This document shows positions 30,240 through 39,961 of a DNA stretch of 64,000 nt, one piece after another (the first letter of the stretch is position 1; each line of letters begins with the position of its first letter). Origin of the DNA: an uncultured Nitrososphaerota archaeon (lineage in GTDB: Archaea; Thermoproteota; Nitrososphaeria; Nitrososphaerales; Gagatemarchaeaceae); contig OY969807.1 in the NCBI GenBank assembly GCA_963703285.1, forward strand, positions 992,001 to 1,056,000, written 5' to 3'. The translations under genes were made by a program, and so were the position numbers. The notes under the pieces are model-generated. The model saw only the letters and a list, made by a program, of their open reading frames with translations. It was not told where the DNA came from and made no database searches.

Positions 30240-33200
30240 GCAAGATGACCGAGGGGATCTTCGATGACATGGACGGGAAGTTCGACGCGAGGCTCAGGAG
30301 GATATTCCAGAGCACGAAGACCGCGAAGAACGGGGACCAGGAGATAGTGGTTACAAACAGCGTCGCCGCGGTGGAGGCGCGCTTCGACTTCCGGACCCTC
30401 GAGCGGCTCTACTCCCCGAACTTCATCGCCATAGAGAGGCAGGGAGGCGGCGAGGGGAGGTACCTGATATTCGAGGTCGTCGGGGTGAACCCCATCCACT
30501 TCCAGATGCTGGGCATGGATGTCTCGATGCCGACCGTCCTGCGCCGCGAGTATCTCGACACGATAAGCGAGAGCTGGGGGAAGTCCCAGGAGACCTGGAT
30601 CGACATGGGGGCGATACCCACGTGGTACTCGATGACGGTCGAGGACGGAAGGCCCACGTTCGAGAGGTCGCGGATGCTGCCCCTGGCCGGGGCCAAGGCC
30701 TTCTTGCTCTCGAGGAGCACGGTGGAGGAGTTCCTCTGCGTCCCGAAGGGCGAGGTGGTGGGGACGATGCTCGGGTTCGAGCTTCCCCTCACGATAAGCC
30801 TCGAGAACCTCATCAGATTCCACGCGGGTTTTTTCGGATTCAGCGTTGATGGTGCCGAACCGATAATCTACAGACGGGCCGGTGAAATCAAGGTCGCCAA
30901 GATAGGAGACCTTGTCGACGGCTTCTATCAGGATTCCCAAGAGGGCCTGGTCTGCGCGTCGGGTATCGAGGTCGTCTGTTTCGACAAGGAAACGCTCACG
31001 GTGAAGTGGGCCCCTCTCCAGTACGTCTTCAGGCATCATTACGACGGAGAGCTCCTGAAGCTCAAGCTGCGGACGGGGCGGGAGGTGACTGTTACCCCTG
31101 CTCACTCGGTCTTCGTCGCGAGAGAGGGGCGCGTGACCAGCATTCCCTCATCTGAAATCGTCGTCGGAGATCATGTGGTAGGGTCCCGGGAGATTCCGGT
31201 GCAGTCGGAACGAACCGTGAAACTAGACTTCCTAGAGTTGTTCTCTAAGGAAGTGGGGATAAGGCTGAACTCCATTCCCAAGGACCTTCTTCCGAGGGGA
31301 TTCATGCCGGCCTCGGGGAAGACAACGGAGTGGAAATGGAGAAGGAGGGGAATGATTCCCATCTCATGTGCTGGTCGACTTCCTGAAGCTGCCCTCTCAC
31401 GGGCGCGTATCTCGTACAAAGGTTTCGATGCGGGGCTACCGCTGTCTTTGGAGATTGATGATTCGCTGGCTGGCCTGCTGGGGTACTATGTGGCCGAGGG
31501 GCACGTAACGATTGACCGAAGACGAGGCTATCGCGTTCAATTCACGCTGGGCGAGAAGGATTCCGATATTGTCGGCGAGATAAGTGAAACGGCGGCGAGA
31601 CTCGGAATGAGAGCCAGGGTATCCGCTCACGGTAAGCACGGTGTTCGAGTGACGATCTCCAACAGGTTACTAACCAAGATCGTGTCCGAACTTTGCGGCC
31701 GCGGAGCCAGGAACAAGCGGGTACCTCGACCAATCCTAAACTCTCCGGTTGCTGTTCGCCGGGCTTTCATTCGGGCATGGATCAAGGGGGACTACGGAGT
31801 TACAAGCTCCCGCCTCTTGATAAACGACATCATGTACCTCCTCCTGATGGAGGGCTGCGCCGCGACTTCCACCTTATGGAAAACCGATTCTCCAGTCTAC
31901 ATCGAGGGCAGAAGGATAAAGGCCGGAATTCACTATCAGCTGAAGTTCCCTACGGCCGAAGAAATCATCCACGGAACGTGGAGAACACAACGAGCTCGCG
32001 CGGAGCCTATCTATCCGGCGACAAAGCTCCCCGATAGTCTTCGGCAGCTTTACAGCCATCCTTCCCATCTCTCAGAGCAAGAGTTGCGAGTCAACCAGAG
32101 AATGATAGATGGGTTGAATTCCACTATCACGAAGCTTCTTTCCTACGATGGCGCAGAAGTCAAGACCAAGGACGCGGCGAGACGCGATGGCTACTACAGA
32201 ACAAACATGGGCAAGTACTTCGTGGCAAACGGCGGCAGGACTCACGCGACTACGCTCCTCACGAGCCTGCAGAGCCAGCTCGCCGAGGCAACGAAGCTTG
32301 CGCAGTCGAACCTCGGGTTCTTTGAGGTTCTGGAAATAGAGAGAGTGAAGTCTTCTGGTCCATTCGTCTACGACGTGTCCGTCCCCGACACGGAGAACTT
32401 CATGGCTGGATTCGGCGGCGTTTTCTGTCACAACACCGGTGCCGGTAAGAGCAATCTTACGAGTGTCCTCCTGAGGAAGGTCATGAACTCGGGATTGGAC
32501 GTCACGACGATAGTCTTCGACGTCTCGGGAGAGTACGCCACGCACCTCATAGATCTACTCGAGAAGGACGGCAGGATACTCTCCACGGAGCAACTGGACG
32601 ACGCTCAGCAGCTGTACAACTCCCAGGTGATTCCGGAGAGCCTCGAGGGAACGGTCAGTGACCAGGCCATCAGGAGCATATTCTCGGGGCTGCTCTCGAA
32701 GAGGCTGGTGGAGAGGCTATCCATAGGGAGCGGGACGTCGGCGCTCGACCTAGCAGCCGTGGAAGACCTCCTCGAGAGCACCGCCGCAGATGCCAAGTCG
32801 GGCGCAGTCGCCGCAAAGATTGGCCTCGAGAGGCTGACCAACAGGCTCTTCAGGGAACTCAACCTCCAGAGGAACTCGAAGCTCTCCGAACTCGACGGGA
32901 GCGCGAAGGCCGAACTGCTGGCACTCATCGACGACATCAAGGGGAAGGTGAACGATAGGACCTCGCTCTGGTCAGAGCTGAACGCCATCGCGGAGTATAT
33001 CGAGTCGCCGCCGACGCAGGAGGCTGGCGAGAGGGGGGCGGAGCCGCTCACGCCTGAGAGGTTCGCCTCGGAGGTCGTCAGGGAGGGGGGGCCCAGGCTC
33101 AACGTCCTATACCTCCCCGACCCGAAGGACGCAAGGCTCGTGGCCAACCGCCTGATAACACGACTCCTCACCCTGAGGAAGAAGCAGGGGAGCAGGAAGA

Positions 33201-33604
33201 AGATCCTCATAGTGCTCGACGAGGCCCAGGAGTACATACCGGGGGAGCCGAGGGAGAGGGACATGACCATCCCCTCGAACCTGGCCGTGGAGGCGCTGCT
33301 GAGGCAGGGCAGGAAGTACAGGATTCACTGCTGGCTCGCCACGCAGAGGGTGGCACGACTGAACGTCTCCGCGCTCCAACAGCTCCACAGCTACTTCGTA
33401 AGCACGCTCCCGAGGTTCTACGACAGGATGGTGATCTCCGAGTCCTTCGCCCTCCCCCTGGAGGTGCTCGAGAGGACGGCCCAGCTCGACACGGGCGAGT
33501 GGGTCTTCGTATCGTATAAGGCGACGAAGCGCAAGAACGTCCCTGTCTTCCTCAGGACCGAAGACAACGAGAAGGCGATAGCCGCCTACCTGAAGGGCAG
33601 GTAG
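30236..33604 (+). CDS. herA: HerA-like ATPase/translocase containing an intein
   Basis: Walker A GF[intein]TGAGKS, FDVSGEY, Walker B LIVLDEAQ, RQGRKY, ATQR. Confidence 0.88.
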   Translation: MSKMTEGIFDDMDGKFDARLRRIFQSTKTAKNGDQEIVVTNSVAAVEARFDFRTLERLYSPNFIAIERQGGGEGRYLIFEVVGVNPIHFQMLGMDVSMPTVLRREYLDTISESWGKSQETWIDMGAIPTWYSMTVEDGRPTFERSRMLPLAGAKAFLLSRSTVEEFLCVPKGEVVGTMLGFELPLTISLENLIRFHAGFFGFSVDGAEPIIYRRAGEIKVAKIGDLVDGFYQDSQEGLVCASGIEVVCFDKETLTVKWAPLQYVFRHHYDGELLKLKLRTGREVTVTPAHSVFVAREGRVTSIPSSEIVVGDHVVGSREIPVQSERTVKLDFLELFSKEVGIRLNSIPKDLLPRGFMPASGKTTEWKWRRRGMIPISCAGRLPEAALSRARISYKGFDAGLPLSLEIDDSLAGLLGYYVAEGHVTIDRRRGYRVQFTLGEKDSDIVGEISETAARLGMRARVSAHGKHGVRVTISNRLLTKIVSELCGRGARNKRVPRPILNSPVAVRRAFIRAWIKGDYGVTSSRLLINDIMYLLLMEGCAATSTLWKTDSPVYIEGRRIKAGIHYQLKFPTAEEIIHGTWRTQRARAEPIYPATKLPDSLRQLYSHPSHLSEQELRVNQRMIDGLNSTITKLLSYDGAEVKTKDAARRDGYYRTNMGKYFVANGGRTHATTLLTSLQSQLAEATKLAQSNLGFFEVLEIERVKSSGPFVYDVSVPDTENFMAGFGGVFCHNTGAGKSNLTSVLLRKVMNSGLDVTTIVFDVSGEYATHLIDLLEKDGRILSTEQLDDAQQLYNSQVIPESLEGTVSDQAIRSIFSGLLSKRLVERLSIGSGTSALDLAAVEDLLESTAADAKSGAVAAKIGLERLTNRLFRELNLQRNSKLSELDGSAKAELLALIDDIKGKVNDRTSLWSELNAIAEYIESPPTQEAGERGAEPLTPERFASEVVREGGPRLNVLYLPDPKDARLVANRLITRLLTLRKKQGSRKKILIVLDEAQEYIPGEPRERDMTIPSNLAVEALLRQGRKYRIHCWLATQRVARLNVSALQQLHSYFVSTLPRFYDRMVISESFALPLEVLERTAQLDTGEWVFVSYKATKRKNVPVFLRTEDNEKAIAAYLKGR
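30842..32434 (+). mobile_element. 531-aa intein with LAGLIDADG homing endonuclease in herA
   Basis: Block A SVDGAEPI, block B VTPAHS, endonuclease motifs LLGYYVAEG and FIRAWIKGD, block F VYDVSV, block G FCHN/T. Confidence 0.95.
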
Positions 33605-33723
33605 AACGGCGAGACATTCCGAGCCGCGGGCATCCGAACGGCCTAACGGTTCGTCATGAGGCGTATTAGCATCCCGCCGAAGAACACCTTAATACTTGAC
33701 GACGGGCCGGGCGGGACTTACCT

Positions 33724-35097
33724 ATGACGAGAGTTGGGATAGAGGCGCTCTATATTTATTCGCCCGGATGCTACGTCGATAACGCGGAGCTTGCGGTGGC
33801 GAGGGGCAAGGAACCAAAGCACTTCACCGAGGGCGTGGGGATCAAGGCCTTCGCCGTCGCGCCACCGAACGAAGACCAAGCCAGCATGGCTGCGACCGCG
33901 GCCCACAGGCTGATGGAAGCCCACGACATCCTGCCGTCGGACGTATTCAGGATCGACACTCCGACCGAGAGCGGAATGGACTCGTCAAGGGCTCTGGTTT
34001 CGGACGTGGTGGGGATGCTCGAGCAAGTCTACGGCAAGGGGAGCTTCTCGCACGTCCTCGGCTACGAACAGAAGTTCGCCTGCGTCAGCGGCATGGAGAG
34101 GTACCTTGACAGCAGCGCCTGGTTCGGGGCCGGATGGAACCCGAGGAAGTACGCCCTCATCCTGGCGACGGACATTGCGAAGTACAACCTGAACAGCGGC
34201 GAGGAGCCCACCCAGGGCGCGGCCTCGGCTGCACTGCTGATAGGGAACGACCCCAGAGTGCTCGAGATAGTCCCCGGCGAGCTCGGGTCAGCGCTGAGGC
34301 ACGAGATGAGGGACTTCAAGAAGCCGGGGGCGCGGACCATCGCGATGGTGGACGGCGCGGTCTCGTACGCCTCGTACCTGACCGAGATGAAGGAGGCTTG
34401 GCTCAACTTCCAAGCGTCCGTCGAGAAGGCGGGGATGATGAGGCCGAAACCGGACCAATCCACCCTCGACTACATCGACAGGGCGGTCTACCACAACCCG
34501 CACAAGAAGATGGTGATATCCGCCTACGCGTCCCTGCTAATCCACGAATGGAGGAGCCTCTCCAGGTGGAAGAAGATAGAGGAGGCGATCGGCCCCGAAC
34601 CCTCGAGGGAGGGGATGGACGACCTGGCGTTCTACATGAGCGACGCCTACAAGGACTACAGGAGAAAGTTCATGAAGGCGCCCGAGTTTGTGAACTACTT
34701 CGAGGAGCACATCGGCAGCTCTCTCGTAGCGCCCGACCTCGTGGGCAACTCCTACTCCGTCTCGGTCTTCCTGGGGCTCGACAGCCTGTTTGAGAACGAC
34801 AAGGAGGACCTCACCGGCAAGTCGGTCGTCCTTTGCGGCTATGGGAGCGGGAGCCACGCGGTGATACTGGGCAACAGGATACCGCAGGGGTACAAGGAGG
34901 TCACGAGGGACCTGGACCTCATGAGCAGGCTCAACTCCAGGAGGAAGCTCACGATAGAGGAGTACGAGAGAATCCACCGCGGGGAAATCCAGCCAGAGGA
35001 GTGGTCCCAGGGTCCCGGGAAGAGGTTCATCCTGACGAGCATCGGCAAGAAGGAGACCCCGTCCGAGGGAGACAGGGGTTACGTCCTCGCTGGTTAG
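33724..35097 (+). CDS. hydroxymethylglutaryl-CoA synthase (long haloarchaeal/bacterial-like type)
   Basis: VGIEAL, TES, KFAC, ATDIAKY, EPTQGA, YHNP, VGNSYS, YGSG. Confidence 0.85.
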   Translation: MTRVGIEALYIYSPGCYVDNAELAVARGKEPKHFTEGVGIKAFAVAPPNEDQASMAATAAHRLMEAHDILPSDVFRIDTPTESGMDSSRALVSDVVGMLEQVYGKGSFSHVLGYEQKFACVSGMERYLDSSAWFGAGWNPRKYALILATDIAKYNLNSGEEPTQGAASAALLIGNDPRVLEIVPGELGSALRHEMRDFKKPGARTIAMVDGAVSYASYLTEMKEAWLNFQASVEKAGMMRPKPDQSTLDYIDRAVYHNPHKKMVISAYASLLIHEWRSLSRWKKIEEAIGPEPSREGMDDLAFYMSDAYKDYRRKFMKAPEFVNYFEEHIGSSLVAPDLVGNSYSVSVFLGLDSLFENDKEDLTGKSVVLCGYGSGSHAVILGNRIPQGYKEVTRDLDLMSRLNSRRKLTIEEYERIHRGEIQPEEWSQGPGKRFILTSIGKKETPSEGDRGYVLAG

Positions 35098-35132
35098 AGC
35101 TGCGGCTCAGAGAAGCTCGATCAGGAGATTCT

Positions 35133-35774
35133 CTAGACCGTGCCGGACGGGGGAGGCGGGATGACCTGGGCGGTCGGAACCTCCCTCGATGTGTCGTCAG
35201 GCATGGAGAAGAACGCTATTGCCATCAGTATGACCGCGATTAAGAGGACAAGGATCCCGACGATGACGATCGTGAGCGCAGCCCCGATCAGGTAGACGAA
35301 GCCCGCCGTCTCGAACATCCTGACATTGAGCGTAGAAGCTAGCTTCGTGAAGACCCGCCGCAGGAAGACGGCTGAGAGGACGGAGAAGGCGCACAACAGG
35401 GCGAGGCCGATGAACACCCCCACCAACAGCCCCCCGAGGCCGGCGATGTGGCCCGAGGAGAGGGCCGTGCTGTTCAGGTTGGTGTAGCCCGTCAGAGAGA
35501 AAATCTTCAGCCCGTTTTCGTTTGCGAAGTGGATGGCGCTGAGGACGGCGACGCCGGCGAAGGTCACGAAGCCGACGACCGCGAAGACCATGGCGAGTAT
35601 GGTGTTGTTCATCATGGTCTTCTCCCCGTAGACGTCGGCTATGTTGCTGACGGCGATGAGGACGAGTATCCACCCCACAACGGCGAGGAAGGTGCCGATC
35701 GGAGCGAAGGGGAAGAGCAGTATCATCAGGGAGCCGATTCCCCCGAAGGTCCGGGCCGTCGACAGAGAACCCAT
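35133..35774 (-). CDS. DUF996-like membrane protein
   Basis: ARTFGGIGSL...VGWILVLIA...IGAALTIVIVG...IAFFSMP pattern. Confidence 0.75.
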   Translation of the reverse strand: MGSLSTARTFGGIGSLMILLFPFAPIGTFLAVVGWILVLIAVSNIADVYGEKTMMNNTILAMVFAVVGFVTFAGVAVLSAIHFANENGLKIFSLTGYTNLNSTALSSGHIAGLGGLLVGVFIGLALLCAFSVLSAVFLRRVFTKLASTLNVRMFETAGFVYLIGAALTIVIVGILVLLIAVILMAIAFFSMPDDTSREVPTAQVIPPPPSGTV

Positions 35775-35817
35775 CCCGTTCGGGGGCGACTATGATTCTC
35801 TAATAAATCCGACGCAA

Positions 35818-36423
35818 CTACTGTCGCCTCTGGGTCTTCCCCTCGCTGATCACGTAGAGGTGATCGGCCATCCTGACGTCGGACTCGTCCTGGGTCGAGA
35901 AGACCACGTCGATATTGGCCTCGGCCGCCAGCTTCCGGTACGTCGAGATGAATCCCTCCTTCTCGTGGAGATTGGAGAAGGCCTCGTCAACCAGGATCGC
36001 TCGGGGAGACGCCAGGAGGGCTGTTGCCAGGGACACCCGCTCCCTCATGCCTAGGCTCAGCGTCCTGACGCTCCCCCCGTAGTCGATGCCAAGTTCCGCC
36101 TTGACCGCGGCGACGCGCTCCTCGGCGAGCGGCAGCTTCCTGATCTTCGCCCCCCATCGCAGGTGCGAGTCCACCTTCATGTGGGGCATCGACGACCCCG
36201 AAGTCACCATGACGATGCCCCTCCGCTCTGCCGGCAGCCTGGTGACGTCAGCTCCGCCGACCCTGACGAAGCCGTCGTCTATCTGGAGCTGGCCCGCCAT
36301 GGCCTTCATGAAGCAGGACTTCCCGGAGCCGTTCCTCCCTGCGAGACAGATGAAGCCCCCGTCGTTGAGCTCCGCTGAGAGGGCGAAGGACCCGAGCTTT
36401 GTCCGGACGTTCGCCTCTATCAC
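35818..36423 (-). CDS. molybdate/tungstate ABC transporter ATP-binding subunit
   Basis: GRNGSGKS, LSLGMRERV, LVDEAFS; operon context. Confidence 0.85.
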   Translation of the reverse strand: MIEANVRTKLGSFALSAELNDGGFICLAGRNGSGKSCFMKAMAGQLQIDDGFVRVGGADVTRLPAERRGIVMVTSGSSMPHMKVDSHLRWGAKIRKLPLAEERVAAVKAELGIDYGGSVRTLSLGMRERVSLATALLASPRAILVDEAFSNLHEKEGFISTYRKLAAEANIDVVFSTQDESDVRMADHLYVISEGKTQRRQ

Positions 36424-37205
36424 TGCCGGTGCCCCCTCTTCCTAAGGAAGTGACCGGCGAGCGCTATCGGAAGCGCGACGAGAATCATCGCCGCCGACGC
36501 TGTCACGGCGGCGTCGAGACCGCCCGGAATCGCCCCGTTGAAGAATGAATAGATGGTAACGGACGCTGGGCTGACACCGTAGAACGGGTACTGCAGAACG
36601 TAGTACGCGATTATCGAGATGGAGCCGAACTCGCTCAGCGCCCTGCTCATAGAAATCAGGGAGGCACTGGAGAGACCGTCGAACGAGTCGGGGATGACGA
36701 CCGAGAAGAGCGTCCTGAGCTTTCCAGCACCCAGTCCTGCGGCGAAGTTCTCCGCAGAGGGGTCCCTTGACTCGAAGTAGGGCTGGAGCGCCTTCACGTA
36801 GATAGGCGCGGACATGATGACGAGCGCGGTCACGAGGCCCAGGATGGTGTCGAAGAAGTCGATGTGCAGACTGAGGAGGAACTTCCCGGTTGGGGTGATG
36901 GGGCTATCCAGTATGAGGAGCGCGACCCCTATGATTGGGTGAGGGACGCTCACCGGGATGTCCACCAGCGACTCTGCGATTCGATCCTTCCCCCTCGCAA
37001 GATAGTAGGCGAGGGGCGTGAAGAGGGCGAAATCCACCGCCACCGCTATCGCGGATGAGAATAATGAAAGGGCAATCGACCGGAGCACCGGCGCGCTGTA
37101 ACCGGCCGGCGATCGCAGGGGTCCGAGACCGTAGTAGAGGAGGACCAGGATTGGGATTAGGAGGAGTACCAGTACACCGATAGAAATGAGCCGGAGCCAG
37201 TTCAT
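36420..37205 (-). CDS. molybdate/tungstate ABC transporter permease
   Basis: DIPVSVPHPIIG and RALSEFGS motifs (WtpB/ModB-like). Confidence 0.85.
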   Translation of the reverse strand: MNWLRLISIGVLVLLLIPILVLLYYGLGPLRSPAGYSAPVLRSIALSLFSSAIAVAVDFALFTPLAYYLARGKDRIAESLVDIPVSVPHPIIGVALLILDSPITPTGKFLLSLHIDFFDTILGLVTALVIMSAPIYVKALQPYFESRDPSAENFAAGLGAGKLRTLFSVVIPDSFDGLSSASLISMSRALSEFGSISIIAYYVLQYPFYGVSPASVTIYSFFNGAIPGGLDAAVTASAAMILVALPIALAGHFLRKRGHRQ

Positions 37206-37238
37206 TTTGGGGCGCCGGCTCCTATTGCTAGATCCCGG

Positions 37239-38393
37239 CTATATGGGCCCCGATGCGACGATGAGGCCCTGCGTCTCGAGTTGCTGTATCGGTGCGGGTA
37301 GCGTGGTTGCGCTGCTGTACAGCAGACCCTGCGACGAGACCGTCAACCCGAAGGACGCCAGGCTCGCCATGTTCTTGACGACGTATTGGATGAACTCGTA
37401 CGCCTCCACGGTGTTCACGCTGTTCAGCGGCACGGTGATGACAATCTCGATTGGTGCCCCGACCGTCGTCCCGGCTGAGTCAGTGTATGAGAACTTGGAG
37501 TAGAAGCTGCCCAGGCTCGGGTTCCCTAAGTTGACGTGCGTGTTCAGGGAGAGATAGCCTACACCTGCCCCGATGGCTGCTGACCTGTAGTCGAAGAGGA
37601 ACTGGATCTGCCCGGACTGGAGTGGTGCAACCAAGTCCGCCGCGCTGGCCGCGGTCACGTTGTCCCCCGACTTGAGGAGTGGAGCGGCGTACGCTTGCTG
37701 GTTGCCCCCAGCGTAGAGGTAGCCCGCGGCCTCAAGGACCAGCCAGCCCCTCAGACCTCCTGGGTCCTGTGCTGGCGAGGAGATTCCAATCTTGACGCTC
37801 CCAGAGGTGAGGGCTGTGAAGAAGGTATTCCACGCGGAGGTCGAGTTGGAACTCGCCGCTGTTTGTCCGTCCGATATTATCGTCTTGGCCGCTGAATTGG
37901 TGAGCGTCGCGTTCGAGTAGGCCAGGATCATCTGGTCCGAGCCGATCCCTATGGCCCAGTTGGCGGAGTCGGTGCTCAGGTGCGCCGGCGCCGCGGCGGC
38001 GAGCGCTGCGGACAGGAAGACATCGTCCGGGGCGCCTGCTGCAATGGCGCTTGCATCGGCGTTAGAGCCTCCCGACACGGGGGGAGCGACCGGGATGCCT
38101 GTGGACGCCGAGAAGCCCTTCAAGAGCGCCGTCATCTCAGTAGCGTAGGAGTCGGCCGAGTACGAGATCAGCGGTGCCAGAGCAAAGGACGTCGAGGTGG
38201 CGGTTGTCGTCACGGTGGTAGTGGCCGTTGTTGTCGCCGTCGTCGTGGCGGTGGTCGTGGGTGGGACGACCGTCGTGGTGTGCCCGCTCACCGTAACCAC
38301 TTCATACGCAGACAGAATCAGCACAACTGCAACTATCACGGCGGAGATACCGGCCGCCGAGGAGATACCCGTCTTTTGGGATCTGAGATTCAT
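37239..38393 (-). CDS. molybdate/tungstate ABC substrate-binding protein (WtpA/ModA-like)
   Basis: GGS...DVFLSA, DPGG, FDYRSAA. Class III-like signal (KTGIS) and a Thr-rich linker. Confidence 0.82.
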   Translation of the reverse strand: MNLRSQKTGISSAAGISAVIVAVVLILSAYEVVTVSGHTTTVVPPTTTATTTATTTATTTVTTTATSTSFALAPLISYSADSYATEMTALLKGFSASTGIPVAPPVSGGSNADASAIAAGAPDDVFLSAALAAAAPAHLSTDSANWAIGIGSDQMILAYSNATLTNSAAKTIISDGQTAASSNSTSAWNTFFTALTSGSVKIGISSPAQDPGGLRGWLVLEAAGYLYAGGNQQAYAAPLLKSGDNVTAASAADLVAPLQSGQIQFLFDYRSAAIGAGVGYLSLNTHVNLGNPSLGSFYSKFSYTDSAGTTVGAPIEIVITVPLNSVNTVEAYEFIQYVVKNMASLASFGLTVSSQGLLYSSATTLPAPIQQLETQGLIVASGPI

Positions 38394-38395
38394 TT

Positions 38396-38421
38396 GCGTT
38401 ATGCAGGGCCATGCATAACGC
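38396..38421. promoter_or_regulatory. ModE-box-like operator
   Basis: Perfect palindrome GCGTTATGCA-N6-TGCATAACGC between the TATA-like box and the start codon of the transporter operon. Confidence 0.8.
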
Positions 38422-38545
38422 TATTTATCTATTCCGGGCCCCCATTTTGCTGCCCGCGTGAGGCCCACCTTCGGTCGAAGGTGCCACCGAAAACGGTCTC
38501 GTCCGAGCGTGCGGACTCGGGACCCGGAGATTGTAGGGTCCTTCT

Positions 38546-38755
38546 TTAGTCCTTCGCAATCATGACCTCTGTGGACTTGATGACCACAGAGACCTTGTCG
38601 CCCCTCTTCAGCTTCAGATCTTCAACGGCTTCCTTCGTGATTAGCGAAGTGATGGTGAAGGGCTCTGAGATATCCACCTTGACCATTGCCGCGACCGCAC
38701 CCTTGTCGACCGCGCTTACCTTCCCGATTACCTTGTTTCGTGCACTCAACTTCAT
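38546..38755 (-). CDS. molybdate-binding TOBE (Mop/molbindin) protein
   Basis: SARN...ITSLIT..AVEDL.L..GD.V..VIKSTEV. Confidence 0.92.
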   Translation of the reverse strand: MKLSARNKVIGKVSAVDKGAVAAMVKVDISEPFTITSLITKEAVEDLKLKRGDKVSVVIKSTEVMIAKD

Positions 38756-38949
38756 TCTTTTCGCGTCCTCCCTTGGTCCTGCGCACCGTTAAATCTGTTA
38801 ACTTTGCGCGAGCTTCGGCATGCCGAGGCGTATTCGCCCCCCTTGCGAGACCGACCCCCCGTCCAAGTTTGCTCGGCCTTCGCCGTCCCAGCTTTGCATT
38901 AGATTCCGGGCTCAAGGCTTAAAGTGAAGCGCGGGTAGGCCGACTCGGA

Positions 38950-39540
38950 ATGGCACCGAAACACAAGGTGAACCTGCAGCCAGCGTTTCGCCTTTCGCTT
39001 TCGGACGACAGGAACATAATCCTCGACCAGACGGACGCCCTGCTCCTCCGAAGAATCTCAGAGACTTCGTCGCTTACGGAGGCTGCTAAGCTCACAGAGA
39101 TATCCTACAGGAACGCGTGGGACCGCATCAAGGCCGTCGAGTCGAACCTAGGTGTGAAGATAGTCGAGACAAAGGTAGGCGGCGCAGCGGGCGGGGGGGC
39201 CACCCTCACGCCAGAGGGCGCTTCACTGCTCCGCGACTTTCGGAAGTTAAGGAAGTACCTCTTCGACGTACTGGACGAGCGGGAATTCATGGTCCACGCA
39301 AGCTACAAGCTGACCGCTAGGAACAGGTTCCGGGTTGAGATAAAGGAGGTCAAGAAGGGCGAGGTGACGGCCTCGGTCAAGATGAAGGTCGTCGGTCCAG
39401 CCTCCTTGACCTCGATAATCTCGAAGGAGGCGGTGGAAGACCTCGACCTCAAGGAGGGCGATGAGGCAGTGGCAATAATCAAGTCGACCGAGGTCATGCT
39501 CGCCAAGGAGACCAAGGCGGGAGAGGGGTTTTGGCTATGA
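38950..39540 (+). CDS. modE: ModE-family regulator (wHTH + TOBE)
   Basis: SLTEAAK...SYRNAW...GGAAGGGATLT followed by a TARN TOBE domain. Confidence 0.88.
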   Translation: MAPKHKVNLQPAFRLSLSDDRNIILDQTDALLLRRISETSSLTEAAKLTEISYRNAWDRIKAVESNLGVKIVETKVGGAAGGGATLTPEGASLLRDFRKLRKYLFDVLDEREFMVHASYKLTARNRFRVEIKEVKKGEVTASVKMKVVGPASLTSIISKEAVEDLDLKEGDEAVAIIKSTEVMLAKETKAGEGFWL

Positions 39541-39565
39541 TACAGGTCTAGGAAGGAAACGGGAG

Positions 39566-39898
39566 TTAGCTCAGAGCAGCGTCTATCTTCTGCTTGTACA
39601 TAGTGGCCGGTCCTGCTCCGACGGTCCTCGAGGCCACTTCCCCGTTCTTGAAGACCATTATCGTCGGTATGCTCATGATCCCGAACTTCTCAGCGAGGTC
39701 GGGACTCTCGTCGGTGTTGATTTTCACGAACTTCGCCCTTCCCGAGTACTCCTTCGACAACGCCTCTATGATGGGTGAGACCATCCTGCAGGGACCGCAC
39801 CAGTCGGCATAGAAATCGACGATGGCGGGAACTTCTGAATGAAGCACCTCCGTCTCGAAATCCTTGCTCTTCAGGTGCAGCATAGGGTTGCCATCCAA
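39566..39898 (-). CDS. trxA: thioredoxin
   Basis: DFYADWCGPC and SIPT. Confidence 0.95.
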   Translation of the reverse strand: MDGNPMLHLKSKDFETEVLHSEVPAIVDFYADWCGPCRMVSPIIEALSKEYSGRAKFVKINTDESPDLAEKFGIMSIPTIMVFKNGEVASRTVGAGPATMYKQKIDAALS

Positions 39899-39961
39899 AT
39901 GGGTTCAGCTGAAATCGGCTGTTATCAGCGTATTTACGCCTTTTCCGATTTTGGAGGTTAG

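Noticed and set aside
38195-38285. Tandem-repeat-like GTC/GTG tract
   Set aside because: It encodes the Thr-rich linker of the binding protein; it is low-complexity coding sequence.
38760-38945. Moco/Wco riboswitch between mop and modE
   Set aside because: Only short GC hairpins; the consensus could not be recognised, and a protein operator already explains the regulation.
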